Positions 39,100-48,704 are shown, numbered from the stretch's first letter. The stretch is DNA of 64,000 nt from an uncultured Candidatus Binatia bacterium (GCA_964291295.2 OZ219754.1:736001-800000), one strand, 5' to 3'. The notes: generated from the letters alone by a model not told the origin. Numbers and translations are program-made.

Positions 39100-40518
39100 A
39101 TGACGCACAACGCTCAGGCTCTCCGGCATGCAGGGGAAGATCAACTCAGGCTTCCCGCACCCCTGCACAACTACCAGTGGGAAGGCGTTGCATTCCTGTA
39201 CCAGTCCACCGCTGCCCTCCTTGCTGACGAGATGGGACTGGGGAAGACCGTCCAGGCGGCGGTCGCCTTGGCACTTCTTCTCAATGGTCAGAAGGGGATC
39301 GACCGAGCCCTGATCGTGGCACCGGCTTCGTTGACCCTGAACTGGATGTCCGAACTCGCCACTTGGGCACCGTCACTTGCGGCGCGACGGCTTCAGGGTG
39401 GAGCCGCCAGCCGGAGGGCCTCCTACCTGTTGCCGATACCTGTCCTCGTTTCCTCTTATGAACAGATCCGTCAGGATGGACTGGACCAGATTCCCAGAGA
39501 TACGTTCGATCTCGTGATCCTGGACGAGGCACAACGCATCAAGAACAGGAACTCGGCAACGGCGCTTGCCTGCCGGCTGCTACCGCGAAAACGTGCGTGG
39601 GCACTGTCCGCGACACCGCTCGAAAACGACCGTGAAGACGTCGCATCGATCCTGGCTTTCCTGGATCCCGATGTTCGTCGAGACCCCGATGCAAGGCGTC
39701 TGAAGGACAGGCTTGAGGCGATGATGCTGCGGAGACGCAAACGCGAAGTACGTGCCGAACTGCCACCCGTCATCGTACAGGATCTCAACCTGGAGCTTTC
39801 CACGCCGCAGAGAATTGCCTATGACGATCTGTGGACGGGGAGGGAGACACAAATCGACAAGGAACGATCGAGCGATTTTCACGCCGCCATGCTGGGACTC
39901 ATTACGCGACTCAAGGTGATCTGCAACTACGATGTGGCAAGCGGTGTTTCATCGAAACTGGAGGCCCTCATAGGCATTTGCGAAGGCGCCGGGCCATCGG
40001 CACGGTTGCTGCTGTTTTCGCAGTTCGTTCAGACCTTGCGACGAATCTCCCGTTCGATCGGAATACCTCACGACCTTTTGACCGGCTCCATGTCGACAAC
40101 CGAAAGACAAGTTTCGATCGACCGGTTCAGGACCGGCCAAACCCCGAGAGCCCTGTTGGTTTCCCTTCGCGCCGGCGGCGTCGGCCTTAACCTCGGGGAA
40201 GCCACCCACTCGGTTCTGTTCGACCGATGGTGGAACCCAGCGGTTGAGTTCCAGGCAATCTACAGAGCGCACCGCTTCGATCGGGAAGAGCCCCTGCATG
40301 TCATTCGTTTCGTGGTCCGAGATTCGATCGAAGAGCGAATTGCTTCGGTACTCGACCGGAAAGAGGCCCTGTTCGATGAGATCGTTGAATCTGCAGGAGC
40401 GGCACGGGGCCGACTCACCCAGCGGGAACTGATGGAGATCCTGGAACTCGTGGAGGGCAATCGCCCGCCCCCCACTCATGCAACCAAAGGAGACGAAAAG
40501 GATGGCGAAAATCGTTGA
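39100..40518 (+). CDS. Minimal SNF2-family ATPase/helicase
   Basis: YQWEG, LLADEMGLGKT, DEAQRIKN, SATPLEN, MLRR.K, LFSQF, AGGVGLNL, WWNP, RAHR. Confidence 0.92.
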   Translation: MTHNAQALRHAGEDQLRLPAPLHNYQWEGVAFLYQSTAALLADEMGLGKTVQAAVALALLLNGQKGIDRALIVAPASLTLNWMSELATWAPSLAARRLQGGAASRRASYLLPIPVLVSSYEQIRQDGLDQIPRDTFDLVILDEAQRIKNRNSATALACRLLPRKRAWALSATPLENDREDVASILAFLDPDVRRDPDARRLKDRLEAMMLRRRKREVRAELPPVIVQDLNLELSTPQRIAYDDLWTGRETQIDKERSSDFHAAMLGLITRLKVICNYDVASGVSSKLEALIGICEGAGPSARLLLFSQFVQTLRRISRSIGIPHDLLTGSMSTTERQVSIDRFRTGQTPRALLVSLRAGGVGLNLGEATHSVLFDRWWNPAVEFQAIYRAHRFDREEPLHVIRFVVRDSIEERIASVLDRKEALFDEIVESAGAARGRLTQRELMEILELVEGNRPPPTHATKGDEKDGENR

Positions 40519-41326
40519 GTACCGCGACATACCCCTCGACGACCTGGTGATTGGTCTTGGGCAAGTGCGGACGGACAATACCGGTGCCGGGGTTGAGGAA
40601 CTTGCGGCGAGCATCGAATCCCAGGGTCTGCTTCAACCGATCGTCGTCTGCGAGGCGACAAAACCCGAGAAATGGGAGATCCTCACCGGTCAGCGGCGCT
40701 TCCTCGCTCACAAGATGCTGAAACGAGAGACCATTTCGGCTGCGGTCCTTGACGGTCGTGTCGGAGAGGCACAGGCCAAAGCGATCTCGATTACTGAAAA
40801 CCTGATACGGCGCAAGCTCTCGGGCAAGGAACTCAAGGACGGGATCCTTTATCTGTATAACATCTACGGCAGTGTGAAGGATGTGGTCAAGACAACAGGC
40901 CTGCCTAATCGTGAGGTGCGGGACTACGTGAAGTATCCCCGGCTGGCGGAACCACTGAAGGACATGGTCGACGAAGGAAAAGTGGATATCAATGCCGCCC
41001 TTCGTGCCCAGGACTCGGCAACGGACGACGACGGTGTGGTCCATACCGAGGATGCCCTTGCCCTGGCAAAAGAGATGGCGTCGATGTCAGGAGCTCAACG
41101 CAAGAAGGTGGCACAGGACCGGAAAAACAACCCCGACAAACCAGTCGCGGACGTGATAGAGGATGCGAAGTCCGGGGCCAGAGTCATCCAGATAATTGCA
41201 GAAGTGACACTGGATACGCATCAAGCGATTCGGACGGTTGCACGGGAAGAAGGTATGAACCAAGGAGAAGCAACCGTCTGTCTGATCGAGGAGGCGCTGA
41301 ACGGCCGAGGGCTTCTGGAGCGGTAG
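40502..41326 (+). CDS. ParB/RepB/Spo0J-family protein
   Basis: QVR, ELAASI..QGLLQPIVV, ILTGQRR, SITENLIR; AAGGAG upstream. Confidence 0.88.
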   Translation: MAKIVEYRDIPLDDLVIGLGQVRTDNTGAGVEELAASIESQGLLQPIVVCEATKPEKWEILTGQRRFLAHKMLKRETISAAVLDGRVGEAQAKAISITENLIRRKLSGKELKDGILYLYNIYGSVKDVVKTTGLPNREVRDYVKYPRLAEPLKDMVDEGKVDINAALRAQDSATDDDGVVHTEDALALAKEMASMSGAQRKKVAQDRKNNPDKPVADVIEDAKSGARVIQIIAEVTLDTHQAIRTVAREEGMNQGEATVCLIEEALNGRGLLER

Positions 41327-41331
41327 CTGTC

Positions 41332-42042
41332 ATGTTGCCAGGCCTGAGCCCTCTGGAACTGGGGCGTCTCCGGATGTCTGTCGGTTACGGGCAGCACAAG
41401 AAGGGGCGTCTCCTCTCGCCGACCGAAGTCGGCATATTGCTACAGCGGGCGTGCAACGCGGGCAGTTCGCTTGACGAATGTGCCAGGGAGATACGAATCG
41501 ACGCGACGGGCCTCCGTCGTTTCCTGCGTATTCTTGATCTTCCGGACGACATCCGACACTTGGTCAGTTGGGGTAGCCCTCGAGATGCTGTGTCGTTCTC
41601 CTGTGCCGCAGAGTTGGCCCGAATTCCGGGAGCCGACGACCAGCGCACGGTTGTCGAAGCAATACTCGTCAACGGGATGAACAGCAAGGAGGTCCGACAG
41701 GTCGCGCAACTTCACGAACGTTCGGGACGACCGGTAAGCAAATGTGTGGAAGAAGTCCTCCACATGAGGCCAACGATCGAACGGCGTTACGTTTTCATCG
41801 GCACCATCATCGACGAGAGTGTACAGCAAGCCCTCGCCGGACTCCCACAAAGAGAAAGAGACGCACTGCTGGCGGCGAGCGTGGAGAAAATCGGCCTCGA
41901 GGGGGCATCCGGACGACTTGGGTCCAAATTTTTCACCTTGGTCGGGGAGGACAGATTCGGCGCGTCAATGGAGCGTGTCGGCAAGCAAGAGATTGAGGCT
42001 CGGCTACGCGCCCATGTCGCGGGGTGTATCGAGAGTGTCTGA
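41332..42042 (+). CDS. ParB-like HTH protein lacking the N-terminal CTPase domain
   Basis: LSPTEVG...ECAREI...RRFLRILDLPDDIRHLVSWG...SFSCAAELARI resembles the ParB central region; no GxRR box. Confidence 0.6.
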   Translation: MLPGLSPLELGRLRMSVGYGQHKKGRLLSPTEVGILLQRACNAGSSLDECAREIRIDATGLRRFLRILDLPDDIRHLVSWGSPRDAVSFSCAAELARIPGADDQRTVVEAILVNGMNSKEVRQVAQLHERSGRPVSKCVEEVLHMRPTIERRYVFIGTIIDESVQQALAGLPQRERDALLAASVEKIGLEGASGRLGSKFFTLVGEDRFGASMERVGKQEIEARLRAHVAGCIESV

Positions 42043-43057
42043 CTCGGTCGTTGACGTCCGGGAGAGCGGGAGCGTCTGCCTTGGCGAAACAGTCGTGTGT
42101 GACGGGTTCGCAAACGGCTACCGGTTTCGTGTTCAGACTCATGTCCATGAAGACCACATGGGTGGATTCAACAAGAGCAAAGGCCTGCAGGAGTTCTTGC
42201 TGAGCCCGGAGACCTACGCGCTGCTCATCGCCGAATACAACGCGGATCTGGAGTACCGCGAGAATTTTCAACCCCTCGAACGCGGCGTAGCGCATGTATT
42301 GGAAGAAGGCTCCACGCTGCGTCTGGTTCCATCAAACCACATGCTCGGATCATGCCAGGTCGCCCTCGAATTGCCCGACGGCCTCCGGATCGGGTATTCC
42401 AGCGACTTCGGCTGGCCCCTTGATGAGGTCATCCAGGTCGATGAACTGGTCGTAGACAGCACCTATGGTAACCCTCACAGCGTCCGCGGTTACACGCAGG
42501 ACCAGGCGGAGGCATGCTTGTCTGAAATAGTGTGTACAAGACTGCGGCACGGTTCGGTCCATATACACGCCCACTCTGGAACCATCGAACGCACCGTACA
42601 GATACTTGGCGACAACGTGGGTGTTCCCCTTCTGGCCACCGAGCAGCTTATCCGGCGCGTCCAGGTATACCAGCAGCATGGTCTCGCACCCGGGGTACTT
42701 GTTCCACTCGATTCAGACGACGGTAGGCATGCCGTCCAACAGCGTTCATATGTGCGGCTCTACTCGAAGGGCGACGGTTTCAAAAACGAAAGGGTCGAGG
42801 GGACAATGGTCACCTGTAGCGCCTACATGGTTGACCGAGATCATCCACTGAAAGTCTTCTCGGATCGGGCCTGCCGAGTGGCACTGTCGAACCACGCTGA
42901 TTTCGAAGAGACCCTTGCCTATGTGGCGGCAACCGGAGCGCGAACGGTCGTCACCGACAACACGCGAAACTATGGCCGTGATCTGGCAATCGCGATCAAC
43001 AATCGCCTGCCCAACGTTCGCGCGCTGCCCTCGACGAACCAATCCGAAAGGGACTGA
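42035..43057 (+). CDS. Metallo-beta-lactamase / beta-CASP nuclease
   Basis: THVHEDH, NHMLGS, YSSDF, LVVDSTYG, LSNHADF. GTG start overlaps the upstream stop. Confidence 0.85.
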   Translation: MSDSVVDVRESGSVCLGETVVCDGFANGYRFRVQTHVHEDHMGGFNKSKGLQEFLLSPETYALLIAEYNADLEYRENFQPLERGVAHVLEEGSTLRLVPSNHMLGSCQVALELPDGLRIGYSSDFGWPLDEVIQVDELVVDSTYGNPHSVRGYTQDQAEACLSEIVCTRLRHGSVHIHAHSGTIERTVQILGDNVGVPLLATEQLIRRVQVYQQHGLAPGVLVPLDSDDGRHAVQQRSYVRLYSKGDGFKNERVEGTMVTCSAYMVDRDHPLKVFSDRACRVALSNHADFEETLAYVAATGARTVVTDNTRNYGRDLAIAINNRLPNVRALPSTNQSERD

Positions 43058-43083
43058 CGGCGGTCCCACGGCCCACGGCCTTT

Positions 43084-44064
43084 CTACACGTTCACCCGTT
43101 TCATGTCGCGTGTGCGGTTGCCGGCGGCGGCAGCGTAGGGGAAGATGGCGTCGAGCCGTTGCAGGTCTTCGGCGGTGAGTTCGACGTCGATGGCCTTGAC
43201 GTTCTCTTCCAGGTGCGCGCGGCTCTTGCTGCCGGGGATGGGGATGATGTCGGGACCTTGGGCCATGAGCCATGCCAGGGCGAGCTGGGTGGTGGCAATG
43301 CCCTTGTCCCTGGCGACGGCGTCCACTTGGGTCAAGAGATCCAGGTTCCGCTCGATGTTGCCGGGTTGGAGACGGGGCTGGTGGCGGCGGCCGTCGCGTT
43401 CGGAAAGCTGGTCCAGACTGCGCACGGCACCGGCGAAGAAGCCCCGGCCCAGGGGCGAGTAGGCCATGAGCCCCATGCCGAACTCACGGCAGGTCTCGAT
43501 GTTGCCCTGCTCGGGGTCCCGCGACCACAGCGAGTACTCGATCTGGAGCGACACGATGGGGTGGACTTTCCGGGCGCGCCGTATGGAATCGGCGCTGGCC
43601 TCGGACAGGCCGATGTAGCGGCTCTTCCCCTGCTCCACGAGCCGCGCCATGCCGCCCACCGACTCCTCCACCGGAACACCGGGGTCGATGCGGGACATGC
43701 AGTAAACGTCCAGGCAGTCGATGCCCAGCCGCCGGAGGCTCTCCTCGCAGGTCCGGATCAGATATTCGGGCGAGCCGCCGCCGTCGAGGCCGGTTCCGTC
43801 CTGGGCCCGCGGGCTGCCCGATTTGGAGTGGATCACCACCTGGTCGCGCCTGCCCTTGATGGCCTTGCCGATGAGCACGTGGTTGTGTCCGTCGCCGTAG
43901 CTCGCCGAGGTGTCGAGCAGGTTGAGGCCCAACTCGAAGGCCCGGTGCAGCGTGGCGATGGATTCGTCGTCGTCGCGCGCTCCGTACATGCCCGACATGC
44001 TGAGGCAGCCGAGCCCCAGGGGCGCCACCTTGTAGTCGGTGGTGCCGAATTGGCGGTATTCCAT
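43084..44064 (-). CDS. Aldo/keto reductase
   Basis: LGLGC, LDTSASYG, SLRRL, IGLSE, QIEYSL, YSPLGRG, IPG. Confidence 0.93.
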   Translation of the reverse strand: MEYRQFGTTDYKVAPLGLGCLSMSGMYGARDDDESIATLHRAFELGLNLLDTSASYGDGHNHVLIGKAIKGRRDQVVIHSKSGSPRAQDGTGLDGGGSPEYLIRTCEESLRRLGIDCLDVYCMSRIDPGVPVEESVGGMARLVEQGKSRYIGLSEASADSIRRARKVHPIVSLQIEYSLWSRDPEQGNIETCREFGMGLMAYSPLGRGFFAGAVRSLDQLSERDGRRHQPRLQPGNIERNLDLLTQVDAVARDKGIATTQLALAWLMAQGPDIIPIPGSKSRAHLEENVKAIDVELTAEDLQRLDAIFPYAAAAGNRTRDMKRVNV

Positions 44065-44175
44065 CAGTGATCTCCCCTGTCGCGGCTCAAGCCGGCCGGC
44101 TCCCGGCACTGTCGTGGAGGCCGGGCGTGTGCGCGCCCGTTCCGGCCAAGGTTGTTCTTGCATCCAGGACCATCG

Positions 44176-45771
44176 TTACATGCCTGGCGGCGTTTTCGTA
44201 AGCTCGCCAAGTTGTTCCGGATCTTCCACGACCAGGAACTGTCCCATCATCCCGTTATCTTCATGTTCCACGATGTGGCAGTGGTACATGTAGGGAACCT
44301 GCGGGTCCGCATATCGCTCGAAGGGCATGATGATCCGGACGAGATCATCGGGAAGCACCAGAACCGTGTCTTTCCAGCCAAGTTCGGCACCGGTGGGCGG
44401 CTGGCCGTTGCGATCAAGGATCTGAAACTGCACCAGGTGGACATGGAAGGGGTGCGGCTGACCGCCGCGATTGCTTACTTCCCAGATCTCGATGTCTCCC
44501 CGTCGCACGACCTCGTCAATGCGCGCCATGTCCATCAGCTTGCCGTTGATCGGTGGTCCCGACGGGCCACCCGGTCCCGCCCGTCCTCCCTGCACAGGCC
44601 CTCCCAACACCATCGGACGGCTCCTGGCGGCTTGTGCGGCATGGATGCGGGAGATGGTGTTGAGACGCTCCGGCAGCGGGTGGGACGGGCGGCTCGCCGG
44701 CCGGGGAACGATCTTCAACAACTCAAGGTTCCCCGTGCCGATGCCGCCGAAAAACGACTCGATCGTCTCCGGCAGTCCCGCTTCCGGGTGGCTTTTCATC
44801 ACCACCTCGGCACCATCGCTGAAGTCCACAAGGATCTCGGCCCGCTCGCCGGGAGCGAGGCGCACGCGGTGGGTCGGGAGGGGCGTCTCAAGGAATCCGC
44901 CATCCGTGGCGATCTGATGGAACATGCGGTTGTCGTCGAATCCGATGTGGTAAATTCGCGCATTCGAGCCGTTCAACAGCCTGAACCGAATGCGCCGTGA
45001 CTCGACCTGGAGAAATGGATTCCAGGTGCCGTTGATCAGCATGGTGTCTCCATAAACGGCGCCCTGGCTGACAGCAAAACGAAACGCACCATCGTGCTCG
45101 AACAACCGGTCCTGGATCACGAGTGGAATGTCGTCAACCCCGTAGGTCCCCGGCAGATCCAGCGCATCGCCGTGATCGTCATCGATCCACATGAAGCCGG
45201 CGACGCCACGATACACGTGTCGCCCGGTCTTGCCATGCGGATGAGGGTGATACCACAGCGCAGCCGCCTGTTGATCGACCTGGAAGCTGGCCGTCCACGA
45301 TTCTCCGGGTTCGATCCCTTGATGCGGCGTGCCGTCCATGCGAGCGGGAACGTGCATTCCGTGCCAGTGCATCGTCGTCATTTCATCCAGGTTGTTCCGG
45401 ACGGTCAGATCGACCTGCTCGCCTCGACGCAGTCGCAGCGTCGGTCCCAGAAACGGGCCGTTGACGCCCGCGGTCGGCGTCCGTTTGCCTGGCAGGAACT
45501 CCCGGCTCCCTTCGGCAACATTCAGCTGCCACTGCCGGCGTCCCTCCACGACCGTTCCGAATGACTGATCGGGAATCCGCAGTCTGTTCTCGAAGGTCAA
45601 CCCGCCGTTGGTGACCCGGACGAACAGCAGCCAGTAGCCGGTCACGCCCGACAACAGGACGACCATCAACAATCCCATGGCGACCTGCTTCAACCGCCGG
45701 GGACTGAGCCCCCGGCACCACCGGAGGGCCTTCAGTCGAGCGGGACTCCCCGGCGTTGTCGCTGCGGGCAT
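44176..45771 (-). CDS. Multicopper oxidase (CueO/SufI-like)
   Basis: HWHG, WYHPH, HPFHVH, HCHIVEHEDNGMM. Confidence 0.92.
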   Translation of the reverse strand: MPAATTPGSPARLKALRWCRGLSPRRLKQVAMGLLMVVLLSGVTGYWLLFVRVTNGGLTFENRLRIPDQSFGTVVEGRRQWQLNVAEGSREFLPGKRTPTAGVNGPFLGPTLRLRRGEQVDLTVRNNLDEMTTMHWHGMHVPARMDGTPHQGIEPGESWTASFQVDQQAAALWYHPHPHGKTGRHVYRGVAGFMWIDDDHGDALDLPGTYGVDDIPLVIQDRLFEHDGAFRFAVSQGAVYGDTMLINGTWNPFLQVESRRIRFRLLNGSNARIYHIGFDDNRMFHQIATDGGFLETPLPTHRVRLAPGERAEILVDFSDGAEVVMKSHPEAGLPETIESFFGGIGTGNLELLKIVPRPASRPSHPLPERLNTISRIHAAQAARSRPMVLGGPVQGGRAGPGGPSGPPINGKLMDMARIDEVVRRGDIEIWEVSNRGGQPHPFHVHLVQFQILDRNGQPPTGAELGWKDTVLVLPDDLVRIIMPFERYADPQVPYMYHCHIVEHEDNGMMGQFLVVEDPEQLGELTKTPPGM

Positions 45772-45982
45772 GCTTTATCCTTCCACGGGTGATGGGGCAT
45801 TGAGCGCCCGTGCGGTCAGGCGGGATACCTCCGCCAGCCGCATGCAGGCTCCGTGTTCCTGTTTGACGGCAGGCGGTTCCCGGATGGAACCGGGTCGTGC
45901 GGCTCCCGGGGCGAATCCATGACGCCTTCAGGTGGGCGGTGCCGCCGGGAGGCGGAGCGTGATGACGGGTGTGGTCGTCCCG

Positions 45983-46984
45983 TCACGCCCGACACGCGGC
46001 CAGTTCGGCGTAGTTGTGGAGGCCGAGCGTGCGCTTGCCCGACTCCAGTTCGAGCATCATGGCCAGCAGCTTGTCGCACAGCGGCGTGGACAGTCCGAGC
46101 CGGGCGCTTTCCCGCACGACATGTCCCAGCGTGAACGCCACTTCGAGGCCGGTCCCGTTCAGCAATTGCCGGAGGGGTCCCTTGAGGTCGTCCGACCTCC
46201 AGGACGCCGCGTAGCGGTCGATCACGGCCAGGCGCGCTTCCAGCGGCTTGTCGGGATGCAGTTCCGGCGGATCGTACTCGGCCAGAGGGACGAACCGGGC
46301 GCCGGCGGCCTTGCCCACGGCCACCACCTCGCCGAAGAAATCCACCAGCAGCCGCCGGTCATCGACGCCCGCGCAACTCACCAACATCGATGTGCTCGCC
46401 AGCGAGCCATAGTAGCCGAAACAGGTGTAGGTGAGCTTGCTCCACAGCACCCCGAGGATGTTGTCGGTGACCTCGCTGGGAATGACGGCGTCCAGCGCGG
46501 CATGGAGCTGCGTCAACGCCCCGGTCGTGCGGCCATGGGAATGACCGATGTAGAGATGGCCCCGGGTGGCGGTGTGCACCTGTCCGGGGGCCGTGCGCCG
46601 GCTGCCCATGCGAATGGCCATGCCTACGGATCGGTCCGCGCCCACCGCCTCTTCCAGGAGCGGGACATTGATGCCGTTCTGCATCGACACCACCCGCGCC
46701 TCCGGGCTCAGATGCGGCAGCACCGTCGCCAGCGTGTCCCGGGTGTGGTTGCAGCGAACCGCGATGAAGGCCGTGTCGAACACCCCTTCGATCTCGTCCG
46801 GGAAAACCACGGTTGCCTTCACGCGGAACGGTCCATCGGGCACGTCCACCTGAAGGCCGTGCGCGCGGATGGCGGCAACATGCTCCCGGTCCACGTCCAC
46901 GAAGGTCACGTCCCGCCCGTCCCGGGCCAGACGCCCGCCGATGATGCCGCCGATGGGACCGGCGCCCATGACGATGGCGCGCAT
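45983..46984 (-). CDS. Ketopantoate reductase family protein
   Basis: GAGPIGG, SMQNG, LWSKL. Confidence 0.85.
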   Translation of the reverse strand: MRAIVMGAGPIGGIIGGRLARDGRDVTFVDVDREHVAAIRAHGLQVDVPDGPFRVKATVVFPDEIEGVFDTAFIAVRCNHTRDTLATVLPHLSPEARVVSMQNGINVPLLEEAVGADRSVGMAIRMGSRRTAPGQVHTATRGHLYIGHSHGRTTGALTQLHAALDAVIPSEVTDNILGVLWSKLTYTCFGYYGSLASTSMLVSCAGVDDRRLLVDFFGEVVAVGKAAGARFVPLAEYDPPELHPDKPLEARLAVIDRYAASWRSDDLKGPLRQLLNGTGLEVAFTLGHVVRESARLGLSTPLCDKLLAMMLELESGKRTLGLHNYAELAACRA

Positions 46985-47121
46985 GGAAGCTCTCCGTCAG
47001 CTACGAACCCGCAACTCCCCGGGGCGGCCGCGGGATACCGGACCGGCCGCCGGCCAATCCCGCACGATCAACCACCGGGTGCGTCGCTCCCCCTGACCAG
47101 GATCCGACTGCGCCGGTTCCG

Positions 47122-47212
47122 GGGAAGGTCTGAACAAGGCGATGGCGCGACATTGATCTGCTCGCAAACCGTTGATTCAGCCCCAGTGAACCCGGGTCGT
47201 GCGGCCGTTCTC
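47122..47212 (+). mobile_element. IS5-like MITE, copy A
   Basis: GGGAAGGTCTGAACAAGGCGATGGCGCGAC...TTGATTCAGCCCC...; right TIR degenerate. Confidence 0.7.
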
Positions 47213-47214
47213 CA

Positions 47215-47314
47215 GGGAAAGCCTGATCAGGGCGCTGGCGCGATATCAACTGCTCGCGACCTGTTGATTTCATTGATTCAGTCTCAGCAAACTCAGGATT
47301 TTTCGGACCTTCTC
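47215..47314 (+). mobile_element. IS5-like MITE, copy B (tandem with A)
   Basis: GGGAAAGCCTGATCAGGGCGCTGGCGCGA...TTGATTCAGTCTC...TTTTCGGACCTTCTC. Confidence 0.7.
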
Positions 47315-47496
47315 TAAGAGCCTGCGCCACAGAAAGTTTTCGTGGGACAGAGATCCACCAGAGGCCCACTTGGCACCCAATTCATATCCAATAATGGGAC
47401 AAGGCTACACGGTTCTGGCATTTTGGACGAAAGTCTGGTCATGCTCTCCCACCAGTCACCTACCGAAGCGCCCTGCGGCGCAGACTCCTGGTTGAT

Positions 47497-48582
47497 CTAG
47501 TTGAAATGGATCACCCCCTTGACGATCTCGTACCGGGCCATGGCCTGGAGCGCCTCGTTGACCTGCTCCAGGGTGTATTCGGCGCTGATCATCTCCTCGA
47601 ACGGGAAGGTGTCCTTGCGCGAGGAGAGGAACTCGATGGCCTGGAGCCAGTGGCGCGGCTCGCCGGACCGGATGGTGTGCAGGATCATCTCCTGGGGCAG
47701 GTCCTGGACGCCGATGTCGGCCTTGCCGCCGGCGCCGATGTTGACGTAGGTGCCGCCGCCGCGCAGCAGGGTGAGACCCTCGGGCACCGCCATGTTGTTG
47801 GCCACCTGGATCACCACGTCACCGCCGCGCCCGCCGGTGAGGTCCTGCACCCACTGGCGGCGGTCCCGGGGATCGGTGACCTCTTCGAGGTTCAGCACGG
47901 CGTCCGCGCCCATGCGCCGGCTCACTTCCAGACGCGCCGCCGGCGCGCCGATGACCAGCACCTGCCTGGCTCCGTGCTCCCTGGCCACCGCGGTGGCGAA
48001 GTTGCCCAGCGGTCCGCTGCCCTGGATCACCACGGTCTCGTGGCTCTTGATGGCACCGAGGCGGTCAAAGCCGTGCATCACCGTGCGGTAGGCGCAGGCG
48101 GAAGCGGCCGCCGACGCCGAGGTCACGTCTTCCGGCACCTTGATGATCTCGCAGGGCGGAGGAACGTACATGTACTCGGAGACGCTGCCCAGGAGATAGG
48201 GATACCGGTCGCTGCGGTTGTGCCCCCAGGAAGCCCGGCCCGGGCAGATGCACGGTTGCAGCGCCACGGTGCAGTAGTAGCAGTGGCCGCAGGCCACGTA
48301 GCTCCACACGATGCGGTCGCCGCGCTTCACCGGCTTGCCCAGGATGTCCGTGCGCTCGCCGTTGATCTCCTCGATGTAGCCGCAGGGCTCGTGCCCGGTG
48401 ATGATGGGCAGCGAGTCGCCACCGCCCAGGGGACCGTGCCAGCGGTGCACGTCGGTGCCGCAGATGGTGGACGCCCGGATGCGCACCAGGAGCGCGCCCG
48501 GCTCCAGCTCGGGGATCGGCACCTTTTGTATTTCCAGCGGTTCGTTGTGGGAGACCACCACGGCGGCGCGGCATTCGTCCAT
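47497..48582 (-). CDS. Zinc-binding (MDR) dehydrogenase
   Basis: ICGTDVH, GHE, CGHCYYC...C, GSGPLG. Confidence 0.92.
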   Translation of the reverse strand: MDECRAAVVVSHNEPLEIQKVPIPELEPGALLVRIRASTICGTDVHRWHGPLGGGDSLPIITGHEPCGYIEEINGERTDILGKPVKRGDRIVWSYVACGHCYYCTVALQPCICPGRASWGHNRSDRYPYLLGSVSEYMYVPPPCEIIKVPEDVTSASAAASACAYRTVMHGFDRLGAIKSHETVVIQGSGPLGNFATAVAREHGARQVLVIGAPAARLEVSRRMGADAVLNLEEVTDPRDRRQWVQDLTGGRGGDVVIQVANNMAVPEGLTLLRGGGTYVNIGAGGKADIGVQDLPQEMILHTIRSGEPRHWLQAIEFLSSRKDTFPFEEMISAEYTLEQVNEALQAMARYEIVKGVIHFN

Positions 48583-48704
48583 GACATTGCTCCTTCCCGG
48601 TACGTCCGGCGTGTCCCTTGTCGAAGGGGCGGGTCGTCAAAACGGCGGAACGCCGCCCACGCGCGTCCCGTCCATCCAGCTTCAGGAAAGCCCCGTGAAC
48701 CCGG

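Noticed and set aside
40502-41326. Chromosome or plasmid partition locus
   Set aside because: No parA, no parS-like palindrome and no rep gene seen in the window.
34612-43083. att sites or integrase bounding the island
   Set aside because: Only a trivial shared TGACGG at both edges. No integrase, tRNA or convincing direct repeat.
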